A stretch of DNA of 64,000 nt, from positions 288,001 to 352,000 of the forward strand of contig CBDCXR010000004.1 in assembly GCA_965223845.1 (NCBI GenBank), read 5' to 3'. Both the position numbers and the translations under genes were made by a program. Source of the stretch: Planctomycetota bacterium (GTDB taxonomy: Bacteria; Planctomycetota; UBA8108; SXIK01). The notes under the pieces were generated by a model, which was given only the letters and a program-made list of their open reading frames with translations, had not been told where the DNA came from and ran no database searches. Positions 38,387 to 49,241 of the stretch are shown here, one piece after another (within the stretch, counting starts at the first letter, position 1; each line of letters opens with the position of its first letter).

Positions 38387-40030
38387 ATGGAACCGCTCAA
38401 AACTACCACCGTTTCGTTTTGGAGTGCCCTTTTCATCGTGCTGGTCGCCGGGAGGCCTCACGCGGCCGAGGTCTGCGGATTCACCGCGGGCGTTGCGACG
38501 CGAGACATCGTTTCGATCAGCCCGGAGCCGGCGGTCGACATGCTCGTGCTTCGCGACGGGCGCACCATTACGCTGAGTTACATCGGTGAAGGTGAACAGA
38601 TGGATTTCGCGATCAGCGCCTACCTTCCCGACGGCACGGTCGACTGGGAGTTCGGTACCGCCGGCACCCGCGTCGTCGACTTCGACGGCGGGGAGGACTT
38701 TCCGGTTCGCATTCTCTTCGACCCTCGGCGTTCCTCGATCTACGCCGCCGGCTCGGTGTACCACGACGGCGACCGGGACATCGGAATCGTCAAGATCGAC
38801 CTTCGCGGCGGGATCAATTCGAGCTTCGGCGACAACGGACGCGTGGTCGTCGGCTGGGGAGAGCGGGAGCGACTCCACGATGCACTCGTGACCGACGACG
38901 CCAAGATCGTGCTCGTCGGCTCTACGGAGGAGTGCGGCGTTTTCGATTGCGGTGGATTCCTCGGGGTCGGATTCGGCGAATTCCGCATGGCGGTCGCGCG
39001 CATTCTCTCGAATGGAGAGCTCGACGACACATTCAGCGGCGACGGCAAGGACCGGCCGATCTTCGGCACCGAGGCCGAGCCCGGCGCGGCCGTCCTGACG
39101 CCGACGGGAGGCTTGATGATCGCGGGGAACCGTCGAGGCGCCGGTCCTCGCCGAGTCCTCTTCGTTCACTACACCCGCGAAGGCGAGCGGACGCAGGGAG
39201 AAGCCGATCACGATCGAATTTCGCCCGCGGTCGTGCGCGATCTCGTTCCGGTCGGCGGAGGCAAGTACCTCCTCCTCACCGAAGACGGGATCTACCGCCT
39301 CGCCAATCACTTCGGCCGGTTCGATCCGAGCTTCGCGAGCGGGCGGGGATTCAGTCTTGCGCCCTCCTCCGCCCACTCGATGGCCGTGTGGGACGGCAAG
39401 ATCTATGCATTCGGATACGAGAGCCCGACCGACGTCCACCGCTACGACGCGAATGGAATCGTCGACACCTCCTGGGCGCGCGACGGCGTCCGATCCTGTC
39501 CGTTCGACACCGTGGAGCGAAACGCCGCGATTCACTCGATTCTCGCGACGTCGCGCGGAGTGCTTCTCGGAGGCGAAGTCAGAAACGACGCCGGTCGCGT
39601 CTGGCAGGCGCTCGGTTTTCTCGGCGAGCGCGGCGAGTTCGTCGCCGGCTGTGGCGATCCGGAGCCGGAGCCCGAGCCGGAACCCGAGCCCGAGCCGGAA
39701 CCCGAGCCTGAACCCGAGCCTGAACCCGAGCCTGAACCCGAGCCTGAACCGAGCGGCTCCTACTTCCTCCGCGGCGACGCGAACCTGTCGGGCGCAGTGG
39801 ATATCAGCGACGCGGTTGCGGGCCTCAACTATCTCTTCAGCAGCGACGGAGAGCCGGCGTGCCCGCAGGCGCTCAACGTGAACGGCGACAATCGCATCGA
39901 CGTATCGGATCCGATCGCGCTCCTCGGTTACCTCTTCAGCGGCACGAACACCGCGCAGATCACCGGCGAGTGCGAGCCAGATCTGCAGGAAGAGTTCCCG
40001 GTTTGCGAAGTGAATTCGGCGTGCAGCTAA
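38387..40030 (+). CDS. Secreted delta-60-like repeat protein with PE linker and dockerin-like domain
   Basis: AGGAGG RBS; DGTVDWEFG, NGELDDTFSGDG repeats; FLRGDAN tail. Confidence 0.82.
   Translation: MEPLKTTTVSFWSALFIVLVAGRPHAAEVCGFTAGVATRDIVSISPEPAVDMLVLRDGRTITLSYIGEGEQMDFAISAYLPDGTVDWEFGTAGTRVVDFDGGEDFPVRILFDPRRSSIYAAGSVYHDGDRDIGIVKIDLRGGINSSFGDNGRVVVGWGERERLHDALVTDDAKIVLVGSTEECGVFDCGGFLGVGFGEFRMAVARILSNGELDDTFSGDGKDRPIFGTEAEPGAAVLTPTGGLMIAGNRRGAGPRRVLFVHYTREGERTQGEADHDRISPAVVRDLVPVGGGKYLLLTEDGIYRLANHFGRFDPSFASGRGFSLAPSSAHSMAVWDGKIYAFGYESPTDVHRYDANGIVDTSWARDGVRSCPFDTVERNAAIHSILATSRGVLLGGEVRNDAGRVWQALGFLGERGEFVAGCGDPEPEPEPEPEPEPEPEPEPEPEPEPEPEPEPSGSYFLRGDANLSGAVDISDAVAGLNYLFSSDGEPACPQALNVNGDNRIDVSDPIALLGYLFSGTNTAQITGECEPDLQEEFPVCEVNSACS
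39659..39751 (+). repeat. Coding (Pro-Glu)15 linker repeat
   Basis: CCNGAR hexamer repeats. Confidence 0.9.
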
Positions 40031-40150
40031 TGCGCCAATGAATTCAGGCTGAGCCCCCTGACGATCGCGAACGACATTCGTTCACCCAGCACAAAGGCCG
40101 CTTCGATCTCACTCCCGAGGTCGAAGCGGCCTTTGGCCCATCGGGAGCCG

Positions 40151-42934
40151 CTACGAAGTCGCGCTGCCCTGCGCGAGTCCGCGGCCGCCGCCGACCGAAG
40201 TCCAGCCGGAGGAGAGCGCGATCGCGACGACGAACGCCGTACCGACGACTCCGGTAGAGAAGTACCAGCTCGACGCGTCGAGCGTGATCGGCCAGTGGAG
40301 CATTCGTTCGACGAAGAGAGTTACGATCAGCGACGTGAGGCCGAAGCGCATCAGCACGAACGCATGGACGACTACGACCGAAGTGAGGAATACAGCGTCC
40401 ACCGCCCCCCAGCCGCCGATCCGGCTGAGCGCGCTCGCCCAGACGACGACGAACGCGAGCGCAGCGAGGATGGGCTTTCGAGCGATGAATTTGAGCACGA
40501 CGAAGCTGAGGAGATACGAGAAGCCGAACTGTACGGCGAGTACCAGGTTGACGGTCGTCCTCGCAAGCGAATAGGCCGTGCCGTGGAGAGGCCACGTACT
40601 CACCGCATACGAGACGCTGGGGATCTCGCCGAGCGCGTCGGACGTGTAGGTCTGCAGCACGTCGAGGAGCCGCACGAGGATCGCGGCCACCGTGCCGTAG
40701 AGGACGCTTTGACCGACCAATCGATCGCGAAAACGTCCCTCGAGAATGCGGTACCACGAAATCAGATTGTGCGGCCAGAGGCGGCGCACGAAGGGCTCGA
40801 TCGCTAGGTAGAAGAGCCAGATCTCGAACGCACCGAACAAACTGAGAGCGACGCCGCCTTGAATCTGCCCGACCACCGCCGAGAGATCCGAGGAGTGCTC
40901 CCCGACGAAAACGAAGGCCATGAAGAGGCCGCAGAACATGAACTGCGCGATTCGGCGCGCTCCGACGCGGTCTCCTCTTCCGGTCGCCAGATGGAACCAG
41001 GCGAGGAACGCCGATCCGACGAGCAGCGAGAGGTAGATCACGAAGAAGAGATTCGGCGCGCTCGTGGAGAACGCCGAGGGCGGCTCGCGGCGGGAGACTT
41101 GGTAGCGCACGATCCTCCCGCGGAAGCTCGCGACCTCGATGGCGACGGGGGTGCCGATCGTCGTCACCGCGTGCCAGCGGGCGCGCGCGTCGAACGGAAC
41201 GGCCGGAGTCACCAGGGGTTCCGTTTCGACCGCGGAATCGGGGGCGAGCTCGAATGTGAGCTCGAGCGCGTCGCGCAGGTCCTCGATCGAGCTTCGTGGT
41301 ACCGGCGCCTCGGCACTGTTCGAGGGATCGGGCGGCGGAGAGCCTTCGAATGAGAGCAGATGCCCCGACGCATCCAGTCGAAGACGGACCATGCCTGGGA
41401 GGTCGATCGGCGGATCGCGAAAGGTGACGTGGCCGAGGTTCCGCTTGCTCCGCGTACGAATCGACCGCGGCACCATCACGCGCGGACTCTCGCGGTACCA
41501 GAAGCTCACGCGTCGTTGGCGCGCCTCTCGGCGCGCTTCGGCTTCGGCGGCGGTCTCACCGGAGGGATCGGGCCGCGCTACCCGCCTCGGGTCGAGCACG
41601 AGTCTCCATTTCGAGTCGACCGGCGCTTCGGCGTATCCGAACAACTCGACGATCTCCCGCGCGCGGTCGACGAGAATCTGGGGGTGAGTCTCGAGCTGGG
41701 ATCGATTGACGACGCTCGCACCCGAGGAGAGCCAGACGAGCGCGATCCCGGTGAGCGCGGCGGCGACGAGAAGAGTCGCTCGGCGAATCTCGAGCCCACC
41801 CCTCCCGCCAGCGGCGGCGACCATTCCCGGGGAAGGCGTCTCGCCGGCGGCCAGCGCGGCCGCGAGCGGCTCGCCACCTGGAAGGGCAGCCGCGACTTCG
41901 CGCGCCGAAGCGGGACGGTTCGCGGGATCTTTTTCGAGGCACCATTCGATCGCGCGGGCGATGCGCGGATCGAGCGGACCCGCCGCACTGCTGGATGAAA
42001 TTCGCCGCGAGTCTTCGTGCAGTCGGCGCAGTTCGACCGGCGACCCCGTCTTGTAAACGGACTCGCCGGTGAACAGCTCGTGGAGAATCAGGCCGAGCGA
42101 GTAGATGTCGCTCCGGACGTTGGTCGTTCCGTCGGATAGTTGTTCCGGCGCCATGTACGCCGGCGTGCCGGCGATCTCTGCGCCGCGCCCGTCATCGATC
42201 GTTCGGGCGAGTCCGAAGTCGGTGATGCGAACGCGACCGCTGCCGTCGATCATGATGTTCGCCGGCTTGAGATCGCGATGGATCACGCCCTGGTCGTGCG
42301 CCGCTGCGAGGCCGGCGCAGAGCTCCTGCGAGATTTCGACCCCCTTGTCCGGGGGGAGTCGGCCGATCCGGCGGAGGAGCGCTTTCAGATCTTCTCCGTC
42401 GACGAACTCCATCGAGAGGAAGTGCTCGTCGCCGATCTCGCCGATGTCGTAGATCCGACACACGTTTGGGTGGCTGATCTGACGCGTGAGGCGCACCTCG
42501 CTGTGAAAGAGCTCGAGCCGCCGCGGGTCGCCGGCGATCTCCCGCGGGAGAAACTTGAGTGCCACCGTGTGACCGAGCTTGAGGTCGTCGGCGCGAAAGA
42601 CCTCGCCCATGCCACCCCGGCCTGCGAGAAGGACTACGCGATAGCGTCCCGCGATCTTGGTTCCGGGGAGGAATCGACCGTGATGCGAGCTGTCCGAGGA
42701 GGGCGAGGGGTTCGCTCGCTCGGCGGGCGAATCGAGATCGCCGTTCAGGCGAACCTCGGCCGTCGCTTCTCCGAAGAGCCCTTCGGGGTCTCGGTGCGCC
42801 TCGAGAAGATCTTCGACGGCACTGCGCAGCTCGCGATCGTCACCGCACTCCCGATCGAGAAACTCGCGGGCGAGCTCGGGCGATAGGTCGAGTGCCTGCT
42901 CGAAGAGCTCGATCGCGCGGCGGTCCGAATTCAT
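40151..42934 (-). CDS. Membrane Ser/Thr protein kinase
   Basis: GRGGMGEV, VALK, HRDLKPAN, DFG and GTPAYMAPE; multi-TM C-terminus. Confidence 0.95.
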   Translation of the reverse strand: MNSDRRAIELFEQALDLSPELAREFLDRECGDDRELRSAVEDLLEAHRDPEGLFGEATAEVRLNGDLDSPAERANPSPSSDSSHHGRFLPGTKIAGRYRVVLLAGRGGMGEVFRADDLKLGHTVALKFLPREIAGDPRRLELFHSEVRLTRQISHPNVCRIYDIGEIGDEHFLSMEFVDGEDLKALLRRIGRLPPDKGVEISQELCAGLAAAHDQGVIHRDLKPANIMIDGSGRVRITDFGLARTIDDGRGAEIAGTPAYMAPEQLSDGTTNVRSDIYSLGLILHELFTGESVYKTGSPVELRRLHEDSRRISSSSAAGPLDPRIARAIEWCLEKDPANRPASAREVAAALPGGEPLAAALAAGETPSPGMVAAAGGRGGLEIRRATLLVAAALTGIALVWLSSGASVVNRSQLETHPQILVDRAREIVELFGYAEAPVDSKWRLVLDPRRVARPDPSGETAAEAEARREARQRRVSFWYRESPRVMVPRSIRTRSKRNLGHVTFRDPPIDLPGMVRLRLDASGHLLSFEGSPPPDPSNSAEAPVPRSSIEDLRDALELTFELAPDSAVETEPLVTPAVPFDARARWHAVTTIGTPVAIEVASFRGRIVRYQVSRREPPSAFSTSAPNLFFVIYLSLLVGSAFLAWFHLATGRGDRVGARRIAQFMFCGLFMAFVFVGEHSSDLSAVVGQIQGGVALSLFGAFEIWLFYLAIEPFVRRLWPHNLISWYRILEGRFRDRLVGQSVLYGTVAAILVRLLDVLQTYTSDALGEIPSVSYAVSTWPLHGTAYSLARTTVNLVLAVQFGFSYLLSFVVLKFIARKPILAALAFVVVWASALSRIGGWGAVDAVFLTSVVVVHAFVLMRFGLTSLIVTLFVERMLHWPITLDASSWYFSTGVVGTAFVVAIALSSGWTSVGGGRGLAQGSATS

Positions 42935-43215
42935 GCGTCGCTGTCAACTCGCTTCGGTGAAGCTGCGCATGGTAACAGGCACGGGGGGGAGCGACGACCG
43001 GAGAATCGGTCGTGTGTTCGAGCTAAACGAGACTCGCCGTTACGGTCCACGGTCGGCGCGACCGCGCCGAAGCACACGCGAACCCGAAACAACGAACGTC
43101 GAAGCTCCTCGATTCTTCTCCCGCTCGCGCGATCGGGTCCGCTCGCGACACCACGCGAAGCTGAGTAGAATGCCGCGGAGGCAAGCTGGCGTGTTCTGCG
43201 CGCCGCGGAGGAATC

Positions 43216-43770
43216 GTGGATCTGACGAGAATCTTGGAGTCCGCTCGATCGGGAGACCCTTCCGCTCGGGCAGAGATCGTCCGCGCCGCGTACGAGGACC
43301 TGCGCAAGATCGCGAAGGTCAAGATGGCGAACGAGCGAGACGGTCACACTCTCAGCGCGACTGCCCTCGCGAACGAGCTCGCGATCAAGCTGATGGGCGA
43401 CAGCCAGATTCCGGTGGCGGGCCGTCCGCAATTCATGGCGTACGTGTCGAAGGCGATGCGTCACTTCCTCATCGACTACGCTCGCACGCGGGGCCGGCAG
43501 AAGCGCGGCGGCGATCGCGAGAGGCTGACGTTCGACGACGCACTCGTCGCGAGTCGCGAGCAGAGCGAGGATTTGCTCCGACTTCACGAAGCGCTCGAGC
43601 GATTCGCCGCGATCGACGCACGCAAGGCGAGCGTCGTCGAGATGCGGTTCTTCGGTGGAATGAATCTCGAAGAGACGGCCTACTCGCTCGGCGTCTCGCC
43701 CGCGACGGTCAAGCGGGACTGGGACGTCGCGAAGGCGTGGCTGAAGCGGGAGCTCGCGGGGGAGGAGTGA
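43216..43770 (+). CDS. ECF sigma factor, TIGR02999-like (kinase-associated)
   Basis: HTLSATALANE, LIDYARTRGRQKRGG, VEMRFFGG, TVKRDW. Confidence 0.92.
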   Translation: MDLTRILESARSGDPSARAEIVRAAYEDLRKIAKVKMANERDGHTLSATALANELAIKLMGDSQIPVAGRPQFMAYVSKAMRHFLIDYARTRGRQKRGGDRERLTFDDALVASREQSEDLLRLHEALERFAAIDARKASVVEMRFFGGMNLEETAYSLGVSPATVKRDWDVAKAWLKRELAGEE

Positions 43771-43901
43771 GCCTTCGAGAATAGCGGTGTCCACGATACC
43801 GCGAAGATCGCTGAACCACACGACCTCGACTTGACTCGACTCTTCGCGCGCGCGGTACGCGGTGGGAATGGAGTCGCCGGTCGAGCTCAGGAAACGATCT
43901 C

Positions 43902-44300
43902 GTGAAATCGACGCTCGTTTGTCTGATTGGCATCCTGTCGTTCTCGACCGTTTTTGTGCTTCTCATCATCGAAGACGACGTCGACTCGCGCCGGAAGTTT
44001 TCGATCGTCGAACCTCCTCCGATTCGACACGAGTTTACCATGCGACTCGAATCGGCGATGGTCGCGTACGTTCGCGGCCGCATCGACATTCGCGAACTGA
44101 CGGAGAGAGGCAAGGCGTCCTGCCTCGACGCCATCGATTCGCTCTGCACTTGTCGTCGGACGCGCGATCCGGACGCGTACACGCACGCCGAGACTTGCGG
44201 CTGGGCCGAATTCTATCCGCAGGTCAAGCCGTGGATTCGGCGCTTCGAACGGCGCGTCCGAGAAGAGCAAGAAGCTCGGGAGCGAGAGCGGAGCGACTGA
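43902..44300 (+). CDS. Hypothetical membrane-anchored protein
   Basis: 132 aa with a hydrophobic N-terminus and host-like codon usage. Confidence 0.5.
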   Translation: MKSTLVCLIGILSFSTVFVLLIIEDDVDSRRKFSIVEPPPIRHEFTMRLESAMVAYVRGRIDIRELTERGKASCLDAIDSLCTCRRTRDPDAYTHAETCGWAEFYPQVKPWIRRFERRVREEQEARERERSD

Positions 44301-44357
44301 CGAGACGAGCCTCTCCCGCCTCCGACCGAGCTCGCTGCCGGGACCTCCGAGCGCGGC

Positions 44358-45215
44358 TCAGTCGCTTTTCTCGCTGCTCTTCCCTTCGATCTTCGCGATC
44401 GACCGCTCGAGGATTCCGCGAAACTCCTTGTCATCCGTATCGCTCGCGAGCTGACGCAATTCGGGCACGGCTGCCGCGGCCTCCGTTCGGAGATCCCCGA
44501 TGAGCCGCGCCGCCGCGTAGCGGGCCATGCGGAGGGGACGCTTTAGACTGGCGGTGAGCGCGGGGACTGCGGAACCACCGAGCGGCGAGACGATGCAGAC
44601 GGGGTCGTTCGGCTCCGCCGCGCGCATGTCGATCTCGTCGAGAGGAAGAAGCGCGCGTTCGTCTCCATCGACCTTTTTGATGGACTCGCGAAAGCGTTTG
44701 AACGAGAGGAAGCCCATCTTCAGGTGCGCGAGCTCAGGTATCGCGATGGCCTCGTCGGGAAACTCGGGGAGGTATTTCCGCAGTGCGCGGTAGTGCGCGG
44801 GACGGAAGAGTGAGTCAACGGAGTCGTGCTGGTGACCCATTTTCCCCGCGACCGTGCTCGTTCCCATCCAGACATTCGATTCACCGAGCACCACGATGAC
44901 CCGTGCGACTTCACGGCTTTCGCCGAACTTGATGCGGTAAACATTCATTTTGCCGAAGTCGCGGCGCAGCCACTCGGCGAAGAGACCCGCGAGCGCGATC
45001 TTTCCCGCTCGCGTTTCGAGAAACTCAGCGGTAACTCGTTGCTCGATCGAACCCTCAGGCGCGTCGAGATACTCACCGAGTGCATCCGGCGACGACCCGA
45101 GTCGCCACAGGTGATAGTGACGCGCGAAATCTTCGTGGTAGACGAGCGCCGCGAGGACGAGTGCGAGTGCGGCGCCGCCGAGGACCCAGGTGAGGACGCG
45201 ACGCTTGCGAGGCAT
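44358..45215 (-). CDS. Membrane-anchored protein with C-terminal HEAT repeat
   Basis: N-terminal TM; AVPALTASL...RYAAARLIGDL..AAVPEL. Confidence 0.65.
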   Translation of the reverse strand: MPRKRRVLTWVLGGAALALVLAALVYHEDFARHYHLWRLGSSPDALGEYLDAPEGSIEQRVTAEFLETRAGKIALAGLFAEWLRRDFGKMNVYRIKFGESREVARVIVVLGESNVWMGTSTVAGKMGHQHDSVDSLFRPAHYRALRKYLPEFPDEAIAIPELAHLKMGFLSFKRFRESIKKVDGDERALLPLDEIDMRAAEPNDPVCIVSPLGGSAVPALTASLKRPLRMARYAAARLIGDLRTEAAAAVPELRQLASDTDDKEFRGILERSIAKIEGKSSEKSD

Positions 45216-45501
45216 GTCGGAGACTCTCGAGTTCGAGTTTGAACGGTCCGTCACGATAACCGAGGGGATCAGCCGGATTCCGCGGCTACCGGTGATTCTA
45301 CGTTCTCCTCGGTGCGGGTCGATCTCTTCTCGCACTCTTCGCGTCGAAGTTACCGGCCGTCGCTTCGCCGAGACCGGGCCGGGATTCGGTTGGCGTGCGC
45401 GACCCTCAAGCTTCCGCGCAGTGGACGTCGAACTCATGGGAGAACCTCCGTCGAGTCCTCGATGGAAACGAATCGGCAGACGAGAGATCAAGGATACGGA
45501 C

Positions 45502-46416
45502 ATGCGACGATTGGCAGGCGCGAAATTGCTAGCGATTTTTGGCCTTCTGCCGCTCTCGGCGACCGGGTGTTACGATGTCGGCGCCCTTGCCGAGGCCGGT
45601 GCGGCGTCCCGACCTGGGCAAATCGGAGCGTCCGCTGGAAGCCCGATTCCCCGCGCTCTCATCGACGGCCGTGATCTCGCCGGAATCGAAGCCGCTCTCG
45701 ACGGCGGAGCGGACATCGACGCCGCGTCCTCGCACGGAGTGACGCCGCTCATGATCGCGATCGCGATGCGACGGACCTCCGTCGTCGATCTCCTTCTCCG
45801 CCGCGGAGCGGACGTGAGAGCGGCATCGAGCCACGGGGAAACTCCTCTTCATAGCGCGCTCTTGATGAACGACCTCGCACTCGCAAAGCGACTCGTGGAT
45901 CTGGGAGCCGATGTGAACGCGGCGACGAAGGACGGAACAACGGTCCTCGCGAACGCTGCCCACCTCGGGCGGAACAACTGGATCGAGTTCCTGCTCGAGC
46001 GCGGCGCGGAGCTCGAGACGAAGAATCGGCTCGACGAGACTCCGCTCTTTCGCGCGATCTCTGAGCGCGAAGTCGAAACCGTCCGTCTCCTCCTCGAGCG
46101 GGGAGCACGCGCCGGCGAACTCACGAAGGAGAAGAGATCGACCGTGGCGTACGCCGCGGCGCGGGGCTCCGTCGAGTGCGTCGAATTGCTCGTCGCAGCC
46201 GGCGTGGCGGTCAACACTGTCGATATGTACGGAGCGACTCCGCTGATCGATGCTTCACTCCACGAACGGCCCGAGGTCGTGAAGCTGTTGCTCGAGCACG
46301 GCGCCGATCCGAGCGTCAAGGATCGGCACGGACGGACGGCGCTCGACATCGCGCGTGCGAAGGAAAACGCCGAGATCGAAGAGCTGCTCGCGGGCGGAAA
46401 CCCCGAGGCGCGATGA
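45502..46416 (+). CDS. Ankyrin repeat lipoprotein
   Basis: Lipobox ATGC; repeated GxTPL..A...LL..GADVN units. Confidence 0.92.
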   Translation: MRRLAGAKLLAIFGLLPLSATGCYDVGALAEAGAASRPGQIGASAGSPIPRALIDGRDLAGIEAALDGGADIDAASSHGVTPLMIAIAMRRTSVVDLLLRRGADVRAASSHGETPLHSALLMNDLALAKRLVDLGADVNAATKDGTTVLANAAHLGRNNWIEFLLERGAELETKNRLDETPLFRAISEREVETVRLLLERGARAGELTKEKRSTVAYAAARGSVECVELLVAAGVAVNTVDMYGATPLIDASLHERPEVVKLLLEHGADPSVKDRHGRTALDIARAKENAEIEELLAGGNPEAR

Positions 46417-46597
46417 TCGACGGTCCTGATCTGAATCGACCCGCTCTCGATGCGGCTTGGGAGGGGCGACCCGAAAGCTCCCGTCAGTCGTCGAACGAAG
46501 GACGATGGCGCGGTGCGCGCGGAAGATTCAAGGGGAGCGGAGGAAGGGAACGTCAGAGTAGAGCGTCGCGAATGGAAACCGGCGGGATCACGCGGCG

Positions 46598-47215
46598 CTA
46601 GATCTTCGAGACTCTCAGGCGTCGATATTCCCCGTGCTCGCCGATGCCGTCACCGCCGCACTCCCAGAACCCGATCGCGCCCCGGGCGTGGTGTGCGTGT
46701 GGGTCGGTCCACTCGGCGCAAGGATCGAGCTCACCGTTCGGAGGTCCCAAGAAGACGCGAATCGTCGAGCCTTCGATCTCGACGCGCATGCGGTACCACT
46801 CGCCGAGGACGGGCACTCGCGCGCTCGCGATGAGCTCGCGGAACATCCTGCCGCCGTTCTCGTCCGCGGACTCGTCCTGTTCGCTCAACCGAGGACCGAC
46901 GAACGCGTGGAACCACACCTTGTCGGCGTTCGGCCCGGGACCGCCCGCGTCTCCGATGTCGAACTGCGCGAGATAGTAGTCGCGGTTCGATGTGTGGCGG
47001 AGCACGAATCCGGCGGCGCCCGAGACGATGCGGACGTCGGCCTCCATCGAGACGTCGACGAAGTCATCGCGCTTCGTAGTCACGATTGCGAACTCGCAAG
47101 TCTTCGGCGCGAAATCGAGGATCCCGTTCCGCACCGTCGCGGCTCGGTGAGGAGTCCAAGCGCTCGAGAGCGCGTCGCCGGCGAAGTCGTCTTCGAAAAG
47201 TAACGTGGCGCTCAT
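46598..47215 (-). CDS. DUF1080-like (concanavalin-fold) protein
   Basis: LFEDDF, AGFVLR, GEWYRMRVEIEGSTI, GAIGFW; overlaps the stop of the upstream gene. Confidence 0.7.
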   Translation of the reverse strand: MSATLLFEDDFAGDALSSAWTPHRAATVRNGILDFAPKTCEFAIVTTKRDDFVDVSMEADVRIVSGAAGFVLRHTSNRDYYLAQFDIGDAGGPGPNADKVWFHAFVGPRLSEQDESADENGGRMFRELIASARVPVLGEWYRMRVEIEGSTIRVFLGPPNGELDPCAEWTDPHAHHARGAIGFWECGGDGIGEHGEYRRLRVSKI

Positions 47216-48366
47216 TCGAGGCGATCGGCTCGTGGGTCTAGTTTGTGCGCCGGACCCACTTCCCACTCGACCAGAGCGTCGAATGGAACAATTCGGTCGG
47301 GTGCTTCCTCCGGCCAGCGAAAACGACCCGATCCGAGGAGCCGCAGCGACGTCAGTTTGGTGGTCGAGATGTCGTAGACGCCGCGCCCTTCGAGTGCGAG
47401 CCGCTGCTCGGATAGGATCTTCCCCCGGCGAATCACGCGCTCCGACGCGAGCGCTCCTTCGTACCGAATTTCCGCAATCGATCCGCTGACCCGCGCAACG
47501 GTCGCACGGAGGCGGATCTCCGTCACCCAGTCGGGTTGGGGCGCGTGCTGGTAGCACATCGGCGAGGCGATCCGGCAAAGTCTTTTCGCGACGCTCGCCG
47601 GCACCTCCCACGAATCACCGGCGGCGATGTCTTCGCCCGTCTTCGCGAGCGGCGCAAAGGCGGCGAACTCGGGCGGCGTAAGATCGACACTCGAGATGAC
47701 CGGCGTCCGGATCTTGTCGCGATCCCGGCGCCGGACGTACTCGGCGAGCGTGACGCTCCCGTCCGGCCGAACGCCCTTCCCGCGAAAGGGCTGTGTGTCG
47801 ACGACCGACCTCTTCGCGGGCGTCACCGGTCCGTGTTTCTCCAGCGCCTCGTCGACAAGTCGAAGCGTTTTCCGAACCATGTCGCCGAATCCAGAGAGCG
47901 GCCCGGCGAGGACCTCGCCGTCGGGGGAGAGGATCCAAACGCCCTGCTTGTCCCCACGCTTCCGGATGTACGGACGAAGAAGGCGCGACTCTTTCGACTT
48001 GCGCCGTTGGAACTTTTCGTAGTCGACCGCGAGCGGAACGAGCGTGCCCGCGATGCGGCGAATCACCTTTTCGTTGACGAGCACGTTCTCACGGAACATG
48101 CGTGCGAACGTTCAGCAATCGTCGAGCGGGTCACCGGTGACGAGGTAGAGGAAGATCGGGCGCTTCTCTTTCGTCGCCGCGAGAAATGCATCTGAAACGT
48201 CCGTCAACCACGGGATTTCGAGGAAGCGCAACTCGGCCGCGGTCGCGCGGATCGCATCTGCCTTCGTCTCGAGATCCGGTGCATCCTCGCCGCGAGCCGG
48301 CGCGGCGAGAAGCGCGGCACTCAAAAAGAAGCAGCCGATCGTCTCTCGACGAAAACGAGGGTTCAT
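47212..48366 (-). CDS. Secreted thioredoxin-fold protein, probable selenoprotein (UGA at 48112-48114)
   Basis: ORFs 48112-48441 and 47212-48099 are in frame and separated only by TGA plus 4 codons: KRPIFLYLVTGDPLDDC-U-TFARMFR. A SECIS-like hairpin follows. Confidence 0.75.
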
Positions 48367-48712
48367 CGAACGTCCTCCGCACCGGCGATTGCGAAATTCA
48401 AGACTCGTCTCGATTGGACTTCGGGAATCGGGCTCGATCAAGTGCGATCCGTCTCAACCTGCCGCGCGTGCGCTCCCGCACGCTAAACGAGTGCGCTCCC
48501 GTCCAAAACATCTCCTCGAAGAACCTCGAGATCAAGGGCAACCCTAACTGAGCGCGCCTCCCCTGCTTAGGATTCTCGTTCTCCCTTCCCCTTCGTCTTC
48601 CTGCGCGAACTTCGTGTGCACCTCTTCCTCCTTTTCTTCCCTTTCGTCGGAAAGATCCACCGCGCAGCGATCGACTCTAATCTGAGCCCCCGCGCAGAGA
48701 GAGGATTCGAAC

Positions 48713-49195
48713 GTGACCGACTGGGACGAACTCGTGCGCACGCACGGCCCGAGCGCCTACGGCGTCGCCTGGCGGATTCTCGGCCACGCCGAGGACGTCG
48801 AGGATGTCGTTCAGGAGCTCTTCGTCGAGTGCTACCGCGTCGCCCGGTCGCGACGCGTCGAGCACTGGCGCTCGTTCATCGTTCGACTCGCCACCTTTCG
48901 CGCGCTCGACAAGCTGCGGCAGCGTCGGCCCGCGCTCGGGCTCGATTCCTTCTCGGTGATCGACCCCCAATCGGGGCCGGAGGACGAAGCCGCCGCGAGG
49001 GAGTCGGTTGCACAGCTCCGGGTCGCGGTCGCGGCACTTCCCGAGCGCCAGGCCACGGTCTTCTGCCTTCGCTATTTCGAGGAGCTGACGCCGAGCGAGA
49101 TCGCGCGCACGCTCGCGATCTCGCCGAACGCCGTCTCGCTCGCGCTCCACAAAGCCCGCGAGCATCTCCGGGATCGGTTTGCTGAGGTCAACTAG
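48713..49195 (+). CDS. ECF RNA polymerase sigma factor
   Basis: AEDVEDVVQE, region 4 LPERQATVFCLRYFEELTPSEIA. Confidence 0.9.
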   Translation: MTDWDELVRTHGPSAYGVAWRILGHAEDVEDVVQELFVECYRVARSRRVEHWRSFIVRLATFRALDKLRQRRPALGLDSFSVIDPQSGPEDEAAARESVAQLRVAVAALPERQATVFCLRYFEELTPSEIARTLAISPNAVSLALHKAREHLRDRFAEVN

Positions 49196-49241
49196 ACTGC
49201 GATGAAGGAATTCACACGATCGAGCACCGGGAGAGTTTGCA

